From Ignavibacteriota bacterium (lineage in GTDB: Bacteria > Bacteroidota > Ignavibacteria > UBA10030), in assembly GCA_963727825.1 (NCBI GenBank), contig CAVSHO010000010.1:64001-128000 (forward strand): 64,000 bases of DNA, read 5' to 3'. A program made the translations under genes and the position numbers. Below the pieces are notes generated by a model. The model had not been told where the DNA came from. It worked only from the letters and a program-made list of their open reading frames with translations, and did no database searches. Of this stretch, positions 40,911 through 51,961 are shown one piece after another; the stretch's first letter is position 1; every line of letters begins with the position of its first letter.

Positions 40911-41029
40911 GTCAGACTAAGCTTGCCTGCCCACTGAAAAAATTCTTTTGCAGGCGGATCGAAGTCTGATCTGTGGCATATTCCGTCACCCTTCGTGCTT
41001 CGACTTTGCTCAACATGACTCAGGGTGAC
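40911..41029. repeat. Nested REP-like palindromic elements
   Basis: CAGACT/AGTCTG encloses CCTGC/GCAGG. GTCACCCT/AGGGTGAC encloses CTTCGACTTTGCTCAACATGAC. Confidence 0.55.
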
Positions 41030-41142
41030 TTAGAATCATTTTTGGGATGGTTTATAGATTTAATATGTATAAAGAAATAATTCAATTCAAGGGCTCGATG
41101 TATTTTTTGCACAATACAACGTTTGTTCTATTGCTTTCTTGG

Positions 41143-42747
41143 TTAGCTTCTCTTTTGATTCCACCAATGCTCCATTACATCTGTAATATCCGTCTTCTTA
41201 CCAGATTGTTTCCACTTATCGAAGAATTTAACATCCATGCTGTGCGGGGTTGGTTTTGGAAAATCAATTTGTACACGTTGCGGGATTGGAATAGCATCTC
41301 CAATAATAATTGCCTCACCCTGACGTAAAAGTGGAACGACACTATCCAAGCCACTAAATGAATCAGGTACAAGGCGGCGGATATATGCCTGATCTGTTGG
41401 GTTGAGAAGTCGTAGGATTATAAAATTGTTGCATTGCGAAAGAATCGTTTCTGATATATCCGACGGCCGTTGACTGACAATCATACAGCTAACGCCATAT
41501 TTTCTTCCTTCTTTTGCTATTCGCTCAACCGTGCGTCGCGCTGCTTTCGATCCATCTGTTGAGGTCGAGAGATAATTGTGTGCTTCTTCAAAAACAAGCA
41601 GTATCGGTAAATCATTTCGTTGAGGATTCCAAAAGTTAAAATCGAAAGTCGCTCGCGCTATGAGAGCTGAAATTGTCTTTACAACGTCGGAAGGCACGCC
41701 GCTCATATCCCAAATCGTGATCCTCGCCTTGCTGGCAAGTCCAAACAATGTCATAAATAACGGAACTACAGATTCTGTCTCTACGCAAATATTGGGTTGA
41801 AACATAAATGCATAACGAGGGTCGTTCATTTTATTATCGAGGCGTATCAATAAACGAGAAAATTTGCCGAAATATGTTCCTTCTTTCATTCCGACTGGAC
41901 TTGTAATCTTTTCAGTATCCATAAAATGCAGCTTCGAACGAATTTCTTTTAAATCGTAAGCTACCGGTGAATCGATCGTAATGACATCCGCAAGTGTTGG
42001 ATTCTTCGCTTTCTTCGCAGCGTAAATAAGATCCTGCAAAACAGCTCCTTGGATCGATGCATTTTCATCTGACGGTTCAACAAACATTTCTAACATCTCT
42101 TCAGCGTTCATCAGCCAGAATGGAAGTTCCAGCGATGCGATCTCACAATACTGTCCAGTTTCGGGAAATGCTTGTCGATATTCATTGTGAAGATCGAGTA
42201 AAACAATATGCGTATCCGCGAATTGAGCAACTTTTTGGAGAATGGAAGCGACAGAATATGACTTGCCGGCACCACTTGAGCCAAGAACTGCAAGATGTTT
42301 TCCAAAAAATTTATTCGGGTCCAAGTATGCACGCTCATTTTCGAATAGCGAAAGCTGCCCGACAGAGAAATTGTATTGCTGATATGCGGCAAATATTGAT
42401 TTAATGTCTTTATCTTCCAATAAATAGACGATCATATCAACCGTAGGCATAACCGAGACGCCAGTCTCATATTTTCCTTTCCGAATTGTCCCTACTAGTG
42501 TTACTGTCATCAAATATCGAATAAAACTTACTCCATCTTCACGGGTCTCTTCTTTCTTGATACCTGAAACCATGCCGATAATATAAATGGCACCAATAGG
42601 AATTAGCACATAGGAGCCGATCTGGCCGATATAATAAATCCTTTCACCGATCTTCTTGGTCATATTCGTAATTTCTCTGTCAAGAAGAACAACGATTGTT
42701 GCATTGACAACTTCTTTCACAATCCCTAGCTGTTTTTGTTCCCACAT
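41143..42747 (-). CDS. HerA/FtsK-superfamily ATPase (HAS-barrel + DUF87-type domain)
   Basis: GQIGSYV (HAS barrel), KHLAVLGSSGAGKS (Walker A), LDLHNEY, LPFWLM, FEEAHNY (Walker B), IAKEGRKYG, SQRPS, SQCNN. Confidence 0.9.
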   Translation of the reverse strand: MWEQKQLGIVKEVVNATIVVLLDREITNMTKKIGERIYYIGQIGSYVLIPIGAIYIIGMVSGIKKEETREDGVSFIRYLMTVTLVGTIRKGKYETGVSVMPTVDMIVYLLEDKDIKSIFAAYQQYNFSVGQLSLFENERAYLDPNKFFGKHLAVLGSSGAGKSYSVASILQKVAQFADTHIVLLDLHNEYRQAFPETGQYCEIASLELPFWLMNAEEMLEMFVEPSDENASIQGAVLQDLIYAAKKAKNPTLADVITIDSPVAYDLKEIRSKLHFMDTEKITSPVGMKEGTYFGKFSRLLIRLDNKMNDPRYAFMFQPNICVETESVVPLFMTLFGLASKARITIWDMSGVPSDVVKTISALIARATFDFNFWNPQRNDLPILLVFEEAHNYLSTSTDGSKAARRTVERIAKEGRKYGVSCMIVSQRPSDISETILSQCNNFIILRLLNPTDQAYIRRLVPDSFSGLDSVVPLLRQGEAIIIGDAIPIPQRVQIDFPKPTPHSMDVKFFDKWKQSGKKTDITDVMEHWWNQKRS

Positions 42748-42787
42748 AGTCTTTCCCGGTTATTTAGACGTTAAAGAAGATGTCCTC

Positions 42788-43912
42788 TTAGTTTTCACCA
42801 GGAGGATTCACTGGCAGTGTGAAACGAAATACTGTCAATTTTTTAGGCTCACTTTCCGCCGTAATACTGCCGCCATGTGCTTCAACAATTAGTTTACAGA
42901 TTGCAAGTCCTAACCCGGTTCCTTTTGCCTGCACAATTTCTGAAGCAATTCCTTGTTTGTAACGTTCGAAAATCGTTGGTAATTCTTCCGGTAGGATTCC
43001 TATGCCGGTGTTACTAATAGCCGTCCATACACATTCACCTGCATTAGTGCTCTCATGCATTTTTCCTATTACAATCTGAACAGTTCCGTTTGATGAAGTG
43101 AATTTTAGCGCATTGCTGAGAATATTAGCAAATACTTGCGATATTTTATTTGCATCAGCAGAAATAAGTGGCAGATTGTCTTCAAGCACGAGCTTGATGT
43201 GAATACTCTTCTGTTTGAATTGAGGATTCATCTGTTTCATTATTCTATCTGCTATTTTGCCAATGCTAACAAGGTCGCGGCTCAAATTCATCTTACCGGC
43301 CTCAAACTTTGAAAGATCGAGCATATCATTAATCAAATGGAGTAATCGTTTGGTAGCTTCTTCCGCGGATGTGAGCAATTCCCGATGTACTTCTTGTATC
43401 GGTTCGCCCCTGAGCAATGGTTCTTCTAATAACTCAAGTATACTGCTGACACCACCTATTGGACTCCGCATATCGTGTATGAGCATTGCCATAAAGTCTG
43501 CTTTTGTTCGCTCAAGTTCAATTTCCATTTTCTTGAGTCGAACGAGTGAACGCGCGCGCACTAATAATTCGTCTGTGTCAATAGGCTTGGTTAAATACTC
43601 TTCTGCCCCAAGTAAAAGACCTTGTTCAATACTTAAAGCGTCTTTTCTTTTCGCCGTGAGAAAGATTACGGGAATATCAGCACTTTTTTTTGATGCACGC
43701 AGATGTTTCAGCGTCTCAAACCCATCCATCTCTGGCATTTGAATATCTAAAAGAATGACATCAGGATGATGCTGTGCTGCAAGTTGCAGACATTCTTTGC
43801 CGCTGCTCGCACGCAGCATTCGAACCGGTTTCCGCTTGAGAGCAAATTCGAGCAAATCAAGGTTATCCTCTGTGTCATCCACAACGAGAATAGTAGGTTC
43901 AATAGTTTCCAT
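42788..43912 (-). CDS. Hybrid kinase REC-HisKA-HATPase
   Basis: ILVVDD/LLDIQMP receiver, IHDMRSP H-box, NALKF, GTGLGL. Confidence 0.92.
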   Translation of the reverse strand: METIEPTILVVDDTEDNLDLLEFALKRKPVRMLRASSGKECLQLAAQHHPDVILLDIQMPEMDGFETLKHLRASKKSADIPVIFLTAKRKDALSIEQGLLLGAEEYLTKPIDTDELLVRARSLVRLKKMEIELERTKADFMAMLIHDMRSPIGGVSSILELLEEPLLRGEPIQEVHRELLTSAEEATKRLLHLINDMLDLSKFEAGKMNLSRDLVSIGKIADRIMKQMNPQFKQKSIHIKLVLEDNLPLISADANKISQVFANILSNALKFTSSNGTVQIVIGKMHESTNAGECVWTAISNTGIGILPEELPTIFERYKQGIASEIVQAKGTGLGLAICKLIVEAHGGSITAESEPKKLTVFRFTLPVNPPGEN

Positions 43913-43931
43913 AGAATATTCCGCTCTTTCT

Positions 43932-46799
43932 TTATCTATGTGATTGAGAAATAATTTTTTTAATCGTACTCGAAATAAGTTCCTTCGAGAAGTGTCCTTT
44001 ATCTATAAAATCTTGAATGTTTCTATTCAAATTTCGGCGTTGATCGATTGTAATATCGGCTCCTGATAGAATCACAATCGGAAGATTGTGCCATCGTTCT
44101 TGAGACCGCAACTGTTCAACAACTGCAAATCCATCGATACCTGGCATTATAAGATCGAGAATTATTAATGATGGATTAATGGTTTCAATATTCTTCAGTG
44201 AATCTTCACCGCTATACAAAGCTACAGCTTTATATCCTTCAACTTCAAGTAAAATCTTTAACGAATCGGCAAAATCTTGGTTATCATCGACGATCATAAT
44301 TGGCTGTTTGCTGGAATGGCAAGCGCGATCTACAATACTTAATATTTCCTTTGGTTCAGAAGGTTTTGTAACTACTTCCAGTGCACCAAGTGAAAGCGCC
44401 AGTGGACGATTTTCGACCACTGAATGAATGATAACAGGAATATCGCTCGTTTCTGGATTGCTTTTTAATTCCCGCAATACTTGCCAGCCATCCTTCTCCG
44501 GCATCATAATATCCAAGGTAATAACTGCGGGATGGAGTTCCTGTGCCAATCGAATGCCTTCATCTCCAGAATTAACACCTCTGACAGAATATCCTTCCGG
44601 AATCAAATAGCGACGGAGCAAATCAATAACTTCTGGATCATCATCTATACAGAGGACAAGAACGCCGGTTGATGATGCAGGCGATTTTTCTGATACAGAT
44701 TTTGAAGTTAGTTCAACAACAGCACTTTTTATAGCCGGCGTTTCGTCAATTGGTTTTGGTAACCTTTCATCAGGAATCACCGGAGGAATCACCAGAGTGA
44801 AAGTAGAACCCTTTCCGAATTCACTACGCACTGTCAAGTTTCCACCAAGAAGGAGAGCATATTTCTTAGCAATCGCGAGACCCAACCCAGTGCCTTTGTA
44901 CTTTCTAGCATTACTCGAATCTATCTGCTGAAACTCCTCAAACACTCGGTCAAGATTCTGTGCTTCAATACCAATACCGTCATCTTTGACAGAAATTGAA
45001 ATCATACTATTATGTTTTTTAGCAGTAACTGTAATAGCCCCATGCTCTGTGAACTTCGCAGCATTACTCAAGAGGTTCAAGAGGATTTGCTTAACCTTGA
45101 GTGTATCAGTATTTAACATTGGCAAATCCGGTTCAATTTCTTGCAAAAGCTTTACGTCTTTCCCCATCAACATAGGTTCAACGGTCACCATTGCATTTGA
45201 GACGATATTCGCAACTTCATCTGAACTCATATTGATTGGCGTTCTGCCTGCTTCAATTTTTGAGAAATCAAGAATATCGTTAATGAGCTCAAGCAAGTGC
45301 TTACCGTTCTTTAAAACTTTTTCTAATGCCTTTGCTTGATCGGCAGTAAGTGGATCACCCTGTTGTGCCAGTAAAACTGATGTAAAGCCGATAATGGAAT
45401 TCAGAGGAGTTCGTAATTCATGAGACATGTTCGAAAGGAAGTCAGACTTTACCCGATACGCTTTCTGTAATTCCGCATTTTTGCTATTTAGTTCATTATT
45501 CTTTGTTGCAATTTCGCTTGAAAGTTTCTTTGTTGATTCTAGATTCATAGCATTGGTAATTGCGACACCGATTTGCGGAGCGGAATTATCCATAAGCTCT
45601 CGCCTTTGTACATCAAAGGATTTCATTGATCCCAATACAATCACACCAATAAGATTTTCTTGGAATAAAACAGGTACCGCCAGAATGTATGCAGGGACAA
45701 CATTCACGAGACCCGTATCAATTATAAAATCCTTAGCGGCAACGAAATCGCTGATTTCAATAGTTTGCTTCATCGCGGCACACTGGCCTGGGATTCCTTC
45801 CCCCATTTTGTACTCTATTCTATTATTGACGTTTTGAAGGGCGTATCCACTGACTAACCTTAATATCTTTGAATCAGTATCAAGAAGATACAGTGCACCA
45901 ATAGAAGCACCAGTGTGCAAACACAATATTTGCAAACTGGCTTGTTCTAAGGTTGTTAAAGATTCATGCTCGTTCAACGCTGTTAATATTTCTGAATATG
46001 CTGTTAAACGGTTGTAATTATTTTGAAGCATTTTGGACATTTGGTTGAAATCATTCGCCAAATCTCCAAACTCATCTCGTTGGCGCAGCATAATAGGCTC
46101 ATAAATACCTTTCATAATATTCTGCGTACCACCGCGTAATCGTTCTACTGGTTTTGTAATAGATCGTGTCAAGATAAAACCGAGAGCGATAGCAAAAATT
46201 GCAATTAGCACATTCACCAAAACAACAAACGATGCTATATTCTTTGACAAGCCAATAGAGTACTCAATATTCTTCGGCACTGATGTCAATCGTTGTTGAT
46301 ATAATGTACGTATCAGCGTTTGAGCTGTTTCAAGATACCGATTCAACGATTGTTGACGACCTAAGGAACTAATCTCCTTTCCAAGTTCATCACTCTTCAG
46401 ACCAGAAGAAGCAAGTAATATCTTTTTTTCTCCAATATTTGTAACCCAAGCATAGAAGGAAGTTCGTATTTGTTTCAATGTTTGCAGATTGATCGAATCA
46501 ACATAGCTTTTCTGAAGGGCAACAATTTCATTATCAAATTCCTTTAGACACTCATCGTATGCAGTTCTTTTCTCTGGAAGACCCGTGTACATATATCCAT
46601 CGGCAGTGGATTGGATATCGACGATCAAATCCCTCATACGATCCAAGTTGGATGTCGTTGTTATATCTACGGATGCTTGAGAATATTTTTCCTGAATTTG
46701 CAACAAAAAGTAGCGAGTAACATATGTAGTAGCGGAAAGAATAATTAGGAGAAGAGCGAAATAGAAGGTCACTTTCCAAAACAATTTAGAAGAAAACAT
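43932..46799 (-). CDS. Membrane hybrid sensor kinase (periplasmic sensor-HAMP-GAF-HisKA-HATPase-REC-REC)
   Basis: Two TMs, DEFGDLANDFN (HAMP), GEGIPGQ (GAF), MSHELRTPLN, NAAKF, GTGLGL, two receiver domains. Confidence 0.92.
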   Translation of the reverse strand: MFSSKLFWKVTFYFALLLIILSATTYVTRYFLLQIQEKYSQASVDITTTSNLDRMRDLIVDIQSTADGYMYTGLPEKRTAYDECLKEFDNEIVALQKSYVDSINLQTLKQIRTSFYAWVTNIGEKKILLASSGLKSDELGKEISSLGRQQSLNRYLETAQTLIRTLYQQRLTSVPKNIEYSIGLSKNIASFVVLVNVLIAIFAIALGFILTRSITKPVERLRGGTQNIMKGIYEPIMLRQRDEFGDLANDFNQMSKMLQNNYNRLTAYSEILTALNEHESLTTLEQASLQILCLHTGASIGALYLLDTDSKILRLVSGYALQNVNNRIEYKMGEGIPGQCAAMKQTIEISDFVAAKDFIIDTGLVNVVPAYILAVPVLFQENLIGVIVLGSMKSFDVQRRELMDNSAPQIGVAITNAMNLESTKKLSSEIATKNNELNSKNAELQKAYRVKSDFLSNMSHELRTPLNSIIGFTSVLLAQQGDPLTADQAKALEKVLKNGKHLLELINDILDFSKIEAGRTPINMSSDEVANIVSNAMVTVEPMLMGKDVKLLQEIEPDLPMLNTDTLKVKQILLNLLSNAAKFTEHGAITVTAKKHNSMISISVKDDGIGIEAQNLDRVFEEFQQIDSSNARKYKGTGLGLAIAKKYALLLGGNLTVRSEFGKGSTFTLVIPPVIPDERLPKPIDETPAIKSAVVELTSKSVSEKSPASSTGVLVLCIDDDPEVIDLLRRYLIPEGYSVRGVNSGDEGIRLAQELHPAVITLDIMMPEKDGWQVLRELKSNPETSDIPVIIHSVVENRPLALSLGALEVVTKPSEPKEILSIVDRACHSSKQPIMIVDDNQDFADSLKILLEVEGYKAVALYSGEDSLKNIETINPSLIILDLIMPGIDGFAVVEQLRSQERWHNLPIVILSGADITIDQRRNLNRNIQDFIDKGHFSKELISSTIKKIISQSHR

Positions 46800-47301
46800 A
46801 AAAACCTCATTATAACAAATGCATTATGATTACAAAATTGTAATATTTACTTCCGGTAAAAATAGATGCTACACTTCAGAATATTTTAATTTAGTTATAA
46901 TATATCCGGCCAATGCCACTTGGTCGTTTTTTTTCAATAATAAACTCTGTATATGTAACTATCGGCAGTAGTATCCTTGTCAATTTACAGCAAGGCACGT
47001 CGAAATGCAAGTACATATCTTGATGTTGGATTTGATGCAAAAACCAAGATTAGAAGAATCAACAATAGGATAATAATAAGCGAAGAAATGCACAGCATTA
47101 AGATAAAGAACTGGCAATTATCTTCTGATGAATCTTTTCGTTATCATTTTTTCTATCGTCCCATTCGAGTTTTGCCGTCACTTAACGCTTGCTTTTCCCC
47201 TTCCTTTATAATAATACTCTTGTCACCACTATATGATTATGCCTACCATAGATGAGCATCTTTTTTGCTATAATAATCACTGCACTAAAAAACCATCCAT
47301 T

Positions 47302-48711
47302 TTAAAAACCAAAATATTTTTTTGCATTATTGTAACTAATATCCTCAACTAAACCACCGATGAGTTTTAGATCATTTGGAATGAGACCCTTTTCGATTTC
47401 ACTGCCCAAAATATTGCATAATAACCGCCGAAAATATTCATGGCGTGGATATGAGAGAAAACTTCTTGAATCCGTAAGCATACCGACAAATTGACTCAAT
47501 ATGCTTTGATTAGAAAGTGTGTCAATTTGTTTTCGCATTCCGTCTAGTTGATCAAGGAACCACCAACTCGAACCATATTGCAATTTACCAGCAACGCTTC
47601 CATCCTGGAAATTTCCAATCATAGTTGCTATTAATTCGTTATCTCTAGGATTAAGATTGTAGATGATCGTCTTGGGAAGCTTATTTTCTATGTCCAGCCT
47701 ATCAAGAAATTTTGCCAACGATCTCGCAATTTCAAAATCACCGATAGAATCGTAACCGGTATCAGGGCCAAGCGCGCGCATCATACGGGTATTGTTGTTT
47801 CGCAAAGCGCCCAGATGAAGCTGCTGAATCCACCCTCGCTCACAATCCATTAGACCAAATTCATGCAACATTGCCGATTTGAATTTCAATATTTCAATCA
47901 AATCAAGATTTTTTCTCTTACGTAGCTTCTTGAAAATAGATTTGATTTCCGATTCCGTATAATCTTCGGCATATATTGTCTCAAGGCCATGATCCGAAAC
48001 TCGGCAGCCATGTAAATGGAAGAAAGCATGTCTCGCACGAATCGCCGTAATCAATGAATCAAAGTCTTTTATATCAACTCCTGATGCAGTTTCTAATTTC
48101 TGGATGTAGGATAGGAATGCTTCCACATTTTCCACTGCCATAGCTTTGTCCGGGCGGAAAGCAGGCAGCATCTTCGTGAAACCATTTCCTTCCTTTGCAT
48201 ATGCCTCGTGATATTCAAGAGAATCAATCGGATCGTCAGTCGTACAAATCACCTCGACATTCATCCGTTTTGCAATTCCCTGTGTTGTAAAACCTGGAGT
48301 CGCAAGTTCGGTATTACACTTTTCCCAAATCACTTTTGCCGTTTTCTCATTCAACATCATATCAGAAATTCCGAATGGACGATTCAATTCTAAATGTGTC
48401 CAATGAAACAAAGGATTACGGATAGTCTTAGGCACTGTGCACGCCCACAATTCAAACTTTTCCCAATCCGAAGCATTACCCGTAATGAATCGTTCATCCA
48501 CGCCGCATGTGCGCATTGCCCGCCATTTGTAATGATCTCCGGCAAGCCAGATCTGTGTCATATTTTCAAATTGCCGATTCTGCGCAACTTCTTTTGGCGA
48601 GATATGACAATGGTAGTCAATAATTGGAAGCGACTCCGCAAATGTGTGATAAAGCTTGGATGCGGTTTTAGTGTCCAGCAAGAAATTTTCATGAATAAAC
48701 TTCTTTTTCAT
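47302..48711 (-). CDS. uxaC: Uronate (glucuronate/galacturonate) isomerase
   Basis: PIIDYHCH, GDHYKWRAMR, CTTDDP, GPDTGYDSI, WWFLDQ, TDSRSFLSY. Confidence 0.97.
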   Translation of the reverse strand: MKKKFIHENFLLDTKTASKLYHTFAESLPIIDYHCHISPKEVAQNRQFENMTQIWLAGDHYKWRAMRTCGVDERFITGNASDWEKFELWACTVPKTIRNPLFHWTHLELNRPFGISDMMLNEKTAKVIWEKCNTELATPGFTTQGIAKRMNVEVICTTDDPIDSLEYHEAYAKEGNGFTKMLPAFRPDKAMAVENVEAFLSYIQKLETASGVDIKDFDSLITAIRARHAFFHLHGCRVSDHGLETIYAEDYTESEIKSIFKKLRKRKNLDLIEILKFKSAMLHEFGLMDCERGWIQQLHLGALRNNNTRMMRALGPDTGYDSIGDFEIARSLAKFLDRLDIENKLPKTIIYNLNPRDNELIATMIGNFQDGSVAGKLQYGSSWWFLDQLDGMRKQIDTLSNQSILSQFVGMLTDSRSFLSYPRHEYFRRLLCNILGSEIEKGLIPNDLKLIGGLVEDISYNNAKKYFGF

Positions 48712-48746
48712 AATACCTTCCTTGTTATTACTTGAACAGCTTTCAA

Positions 48747-49580
48747 CTACTTTAATCCATCCATTGAAACATTGTCCATATCATCAAACACTTGGTTTTC
48801 GCCGCCCATTGCCCAGATAAAGCTGTAGTTTCGCGTGCCACCGCCGGAATGAATAGACCAGCTCGGATTTAACACAGCTTGTTCGTTACGCATTATAATA
48901 TGGCGTGTTTCGTCTGGCTGTCCCATCAAATGCACAACAAGCGCATCCGGTGCAACATTGAAATACATGTACACTTCAGAGCGGCGCTGGTGAGTATGCG
49001 AAGGCATCGTGTTCCAAATGCTTCCTTCTTCGAGTTCTGTTAATCCCATCACCAACTGACAACTTTGTATACCTTTGGCATGGATCATCCTATTTAAGGT
49101 CCGTTTATTTGCATCCTTTTGACTTCCAAGGTAGGCATGTTCGGCATCGGCAAGCGAAGCGTGTGTGGTTGGATATTCTTTATGCGCAGGATAACTGACA
49201 AAATAGAATTTTGCCGGTGACTTCGAGGACTTGCTTGCGAAGGTCACTTCTTTTGTACCGCGCCCGATGTAAAGCACATCCTTTAATGCCATTCTAAATT
49301 CTTTACCATCAACCGTGATCGTACCATCACCACCGATGTTAATAACACCAACTTCGCGTCGTTCGCAGAAATTTTCTGCCGACATTTCTTTTTTTGTAGC
49401 AAGCAGTTTCAATTTTACTTTCACCGGTACAGCAGAACCGGTAATCGAACGATCGATATCAGAATACGTCATCGGTACTTTATCCGGCACGAAGAGATTA
49501 TTAATTAAATATGCCTTACGCAATTCTTCGGTCGTCATCTTTTGAAACCCTTGCGGGTCTGTTGAATATCTCACATCCAT
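48747..49580 (-). CDS. kduI: 5-keto-4-deoxyuronate isomerase
   Basis: RREVGVINIGG, SCQLVMGLT, WNTMPSHTHQRR, PSWSIHSG, MGGEN. Confidence 0.96.
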   Translation of the reverse strand: MDVRYSTDPQGFQKMTTEELRKAYLINNLFVPDKVPMTYSDIDRSITGSAVPVKVKLKLLATKKEMSAENFCERREVGVINIGGDGTITVDGKEFRMALKDVLYIGRGTKEVTFASKSSKSPAKFYFVSYPAHKEYPTTHASLADAEHAYLGSQKDANKRTLNRMIHAKGIQSCQLVMGLTELEEGSIWNTMPSHTHQRRSEVYMYFNVAPDALVVHLMGQPDETRHIIMRNEQAVLNPSWSIHSGGGTRNYSFIWAMGGENQVFDDMDNVSMDGLK

Positions 49581-49604
49581 AGTCTTATTTCCTTTTTAAG
49601 GTTC

Positions 49605-50360
49605 TTATCGAGCCATCCAACCGCCATCAACAACAAGGACATGGCCGTTCACATAATCCGATGCAGGTGATGCTAAAAAGATTGCTGCACCCTGCACATC
49701 GGCCGGTAGACCCCAGCGACCTGCAGGAATACGATCTAAAATTGCTTTCGCGCGTTCTTCATCCTGACGCAGTGCTTTTGTGTTGTTTGTTGCCATATAT
49801 CCAGGAGCAATAGCATTGATGGTGATACCATCTTTTGCCCATTCGTTTGCCATCGATTTCGTAATTTGCGCAACTGCGCCTTTGCTCGCTGCATACGATG
49901 GGACAAAAATACCGCCTTGGAACGCCAGCAGCGATGAAATATTGATAATCTTTCCGTACTTGCGCTTGATCATATCACGTGCGCACGCTTGCGAGAGGAA
50001 AAAAACTGTTTTGGAATTTATTTGCATTACTTCATCCCAATCTTTTTCGGAGAAATCTATTGCCGGAGTGCGGCGAATGATTCCGGCATTATTTATCAGT
50101 ATATCGATTTTACCAAATGTTTTTATTGTCTTCTCAACGACCGTTGTGATCGATTCCATTTTCATCAGATCCAATTCCAGCATCAACGTTTTCCTGCCCA
50201 TCTTTTTAATCAATTCCTCTGTTTCGGTAGAAGGAACATAATCTACCAGCACAAGATCCGCTCCGGCTTCTGCTAATCCAAGAGACATCCCTTGTCCTAA
50301 CCCTGTGCTTGAGCCAGTTACAACAGCCACTTTTCCACTTAAATCAAATAGATTGTTCAT
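49605..50360 (-). CDS. kduD: 2-dehydro-3-deoxy-D-gluconate 5-dehydrogenase
   Basis: SDR with NNAGIIRR, FQGGI.VPSYAASK, VDGGWMAR. Adjacent to kduI. Confidence 0.93.
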   Translation of the reverse strand: MNNLFDLSGKVAVVTGSSTGLGQGMSLGLAEAGADLVLVDYVPSTETEELIKKMGRKTLMLELDLMKMESITTVVEKTIKTFGKIDILINNAGIIRRTPAIDFSEKDWDEVMQINSKTVFFLSQACARDMIKRKYGKIINISSLLAFQGGIFVPSYAASKGAVAQITKSMANEWAKDGITINAIAPGYMATNNTKALRQDEERAKAILDRIPAGRWGLPADVQGAAIFLASPASDYVNGHVLVVDGGWMAR

Positions 50361-50669
50361 GGTTATTCCTCAACAATAATACGTGCAGAACAAATAATTA
50401 TCCAACTCTGTATTGAAGTATTGAAATTAGCATCAATTCAGCAATCAGTATAATTGCTCACATAAAAATAATATACCAATAATCTTTTTTAAGAGAAATA
50501 GCTACAATTATTGAGAATGCCTGTGCTTTACTCATACAAACCCAAAAAGCAGGCAAATGTTAAAAAAAATCTTGATGCATAAATTAAACTCGTCGCTATC
50601 TTGGCTTTGTCGCTTGTAAAACTATATCGGATCAGCACCAACATGTTCTGTTGCTTTCTATTGTGAACA

Positions 50670-51936
50670 TTAATTGGTTGTAAAATGCCAGATAGGCCCA
50701 CGAAGTGTACCCGTTTCGGTAACTTCATCAACACGCCAGTAGTACACCGTTTTTGTTTTTAGCTTGTCAAAATTAAAAGAAGCAGTTCTTTGGTTCTTTC
50801 TGAACTTTGGAGTTGGGCTATTTCCAAAATACACATTATGCGAGATTGCATTTCTTGCAGCCACCCATTTCAGAGTGACTGATTTATTCTGAATTTGCCT
50901 TGCGCCATCTATTGGCCGCGGTAAAAACACCATCGGCAGAACCGACGGCATTGTTTCTTCCGGATCCCATTTGCCGTCGAATGTCCACTTTGCAGTCGAT
51001 CTCATTTTCTTTCGGAGCGGTTTCGGCTTTTTCTAAATTATCATTGAACCAGGCAAAGTCGCCGCCATCACGGTGACAGTTGAAATAATAGTGCCGGTCC
51101 CCCCATTTCCATATTGTTCTACTACCTTTAGGCCAATAGATTGGAGTATCTGCCATTGCTTTAGAGAACTGGCAATCGAGTAAAAATATTTGTCCATCCC
51201 GATGGTTTCGCCCAAGTGCAAATCCCTGCACGCCATCAAAAGAAGAATATCGAATAACAAATTTCTGCCTCCTATCTGCATCACCGTCGTGCCAGATACT
51301 CGCAGAAAGATTATGTCCGTAAAATCTGCTATCAGTTATGTAGCACCATCCACGCGGGCAGACATAATCTACCCAACCCTCAAAATAACAATTAGCATGG
51401 TAATACATGCCATTCTTTTTATTCCAAAGACTGAGTGTATCTCCGCCATCGGCTATAACATTGCAATTTAAAATTACGATGTGTGTTCCACCACCACGAA
51501 TTGCAAATTGATGTTCTTCGGTATTATGTAAAGAACCATAATTATTATAGACAGTAAGATTAGCCAATGTAATGTCTGTAACGAAAGAATCGATGTTGAC
51601 AACTGCTGTACCCCAGTCCCATCTCATATCCAAAACTGTTTTATTTATATCCATCCTTAGTTGTGCATAGACAATGCGCGTGCTGTCCCGGTCTTCGCCA
51701 ACAAGTGTAATGAAACTTTTGGTTATAAATAACTTTTCGTGGTAAACACCATTACGGATTAGAATTATGACATTCTTTTTATTATCCGCAGGCACGGAAT
51801 CAATCGCATCTTGAATTTTTAAGAACTGTCCGCTTCCATCTTGCGCGACAATTATGTTCGCCTTATCTTTTGCCGACATGAACGAAGAAAATATACAGAC
51901 GACCAGAATGACAATAAAAGCGATTATATTTTTCAT
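50670..51936 (-). CDS. Pectinesterase (CE8) with small C-terminal domain, split by one extra base near 50997
   Basis: Signal peptide, VAQDGSG, GVYHEK, GGDTL, FEGWVDY, LGRNH. Then ENEI(+G)TAKWTFDGKWDPE continues in the 50670-51005 frame. Confidence 0.85.
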
Positions 51937-51961
51937 ATTATTTCGCCAGAATTAATTCAAT

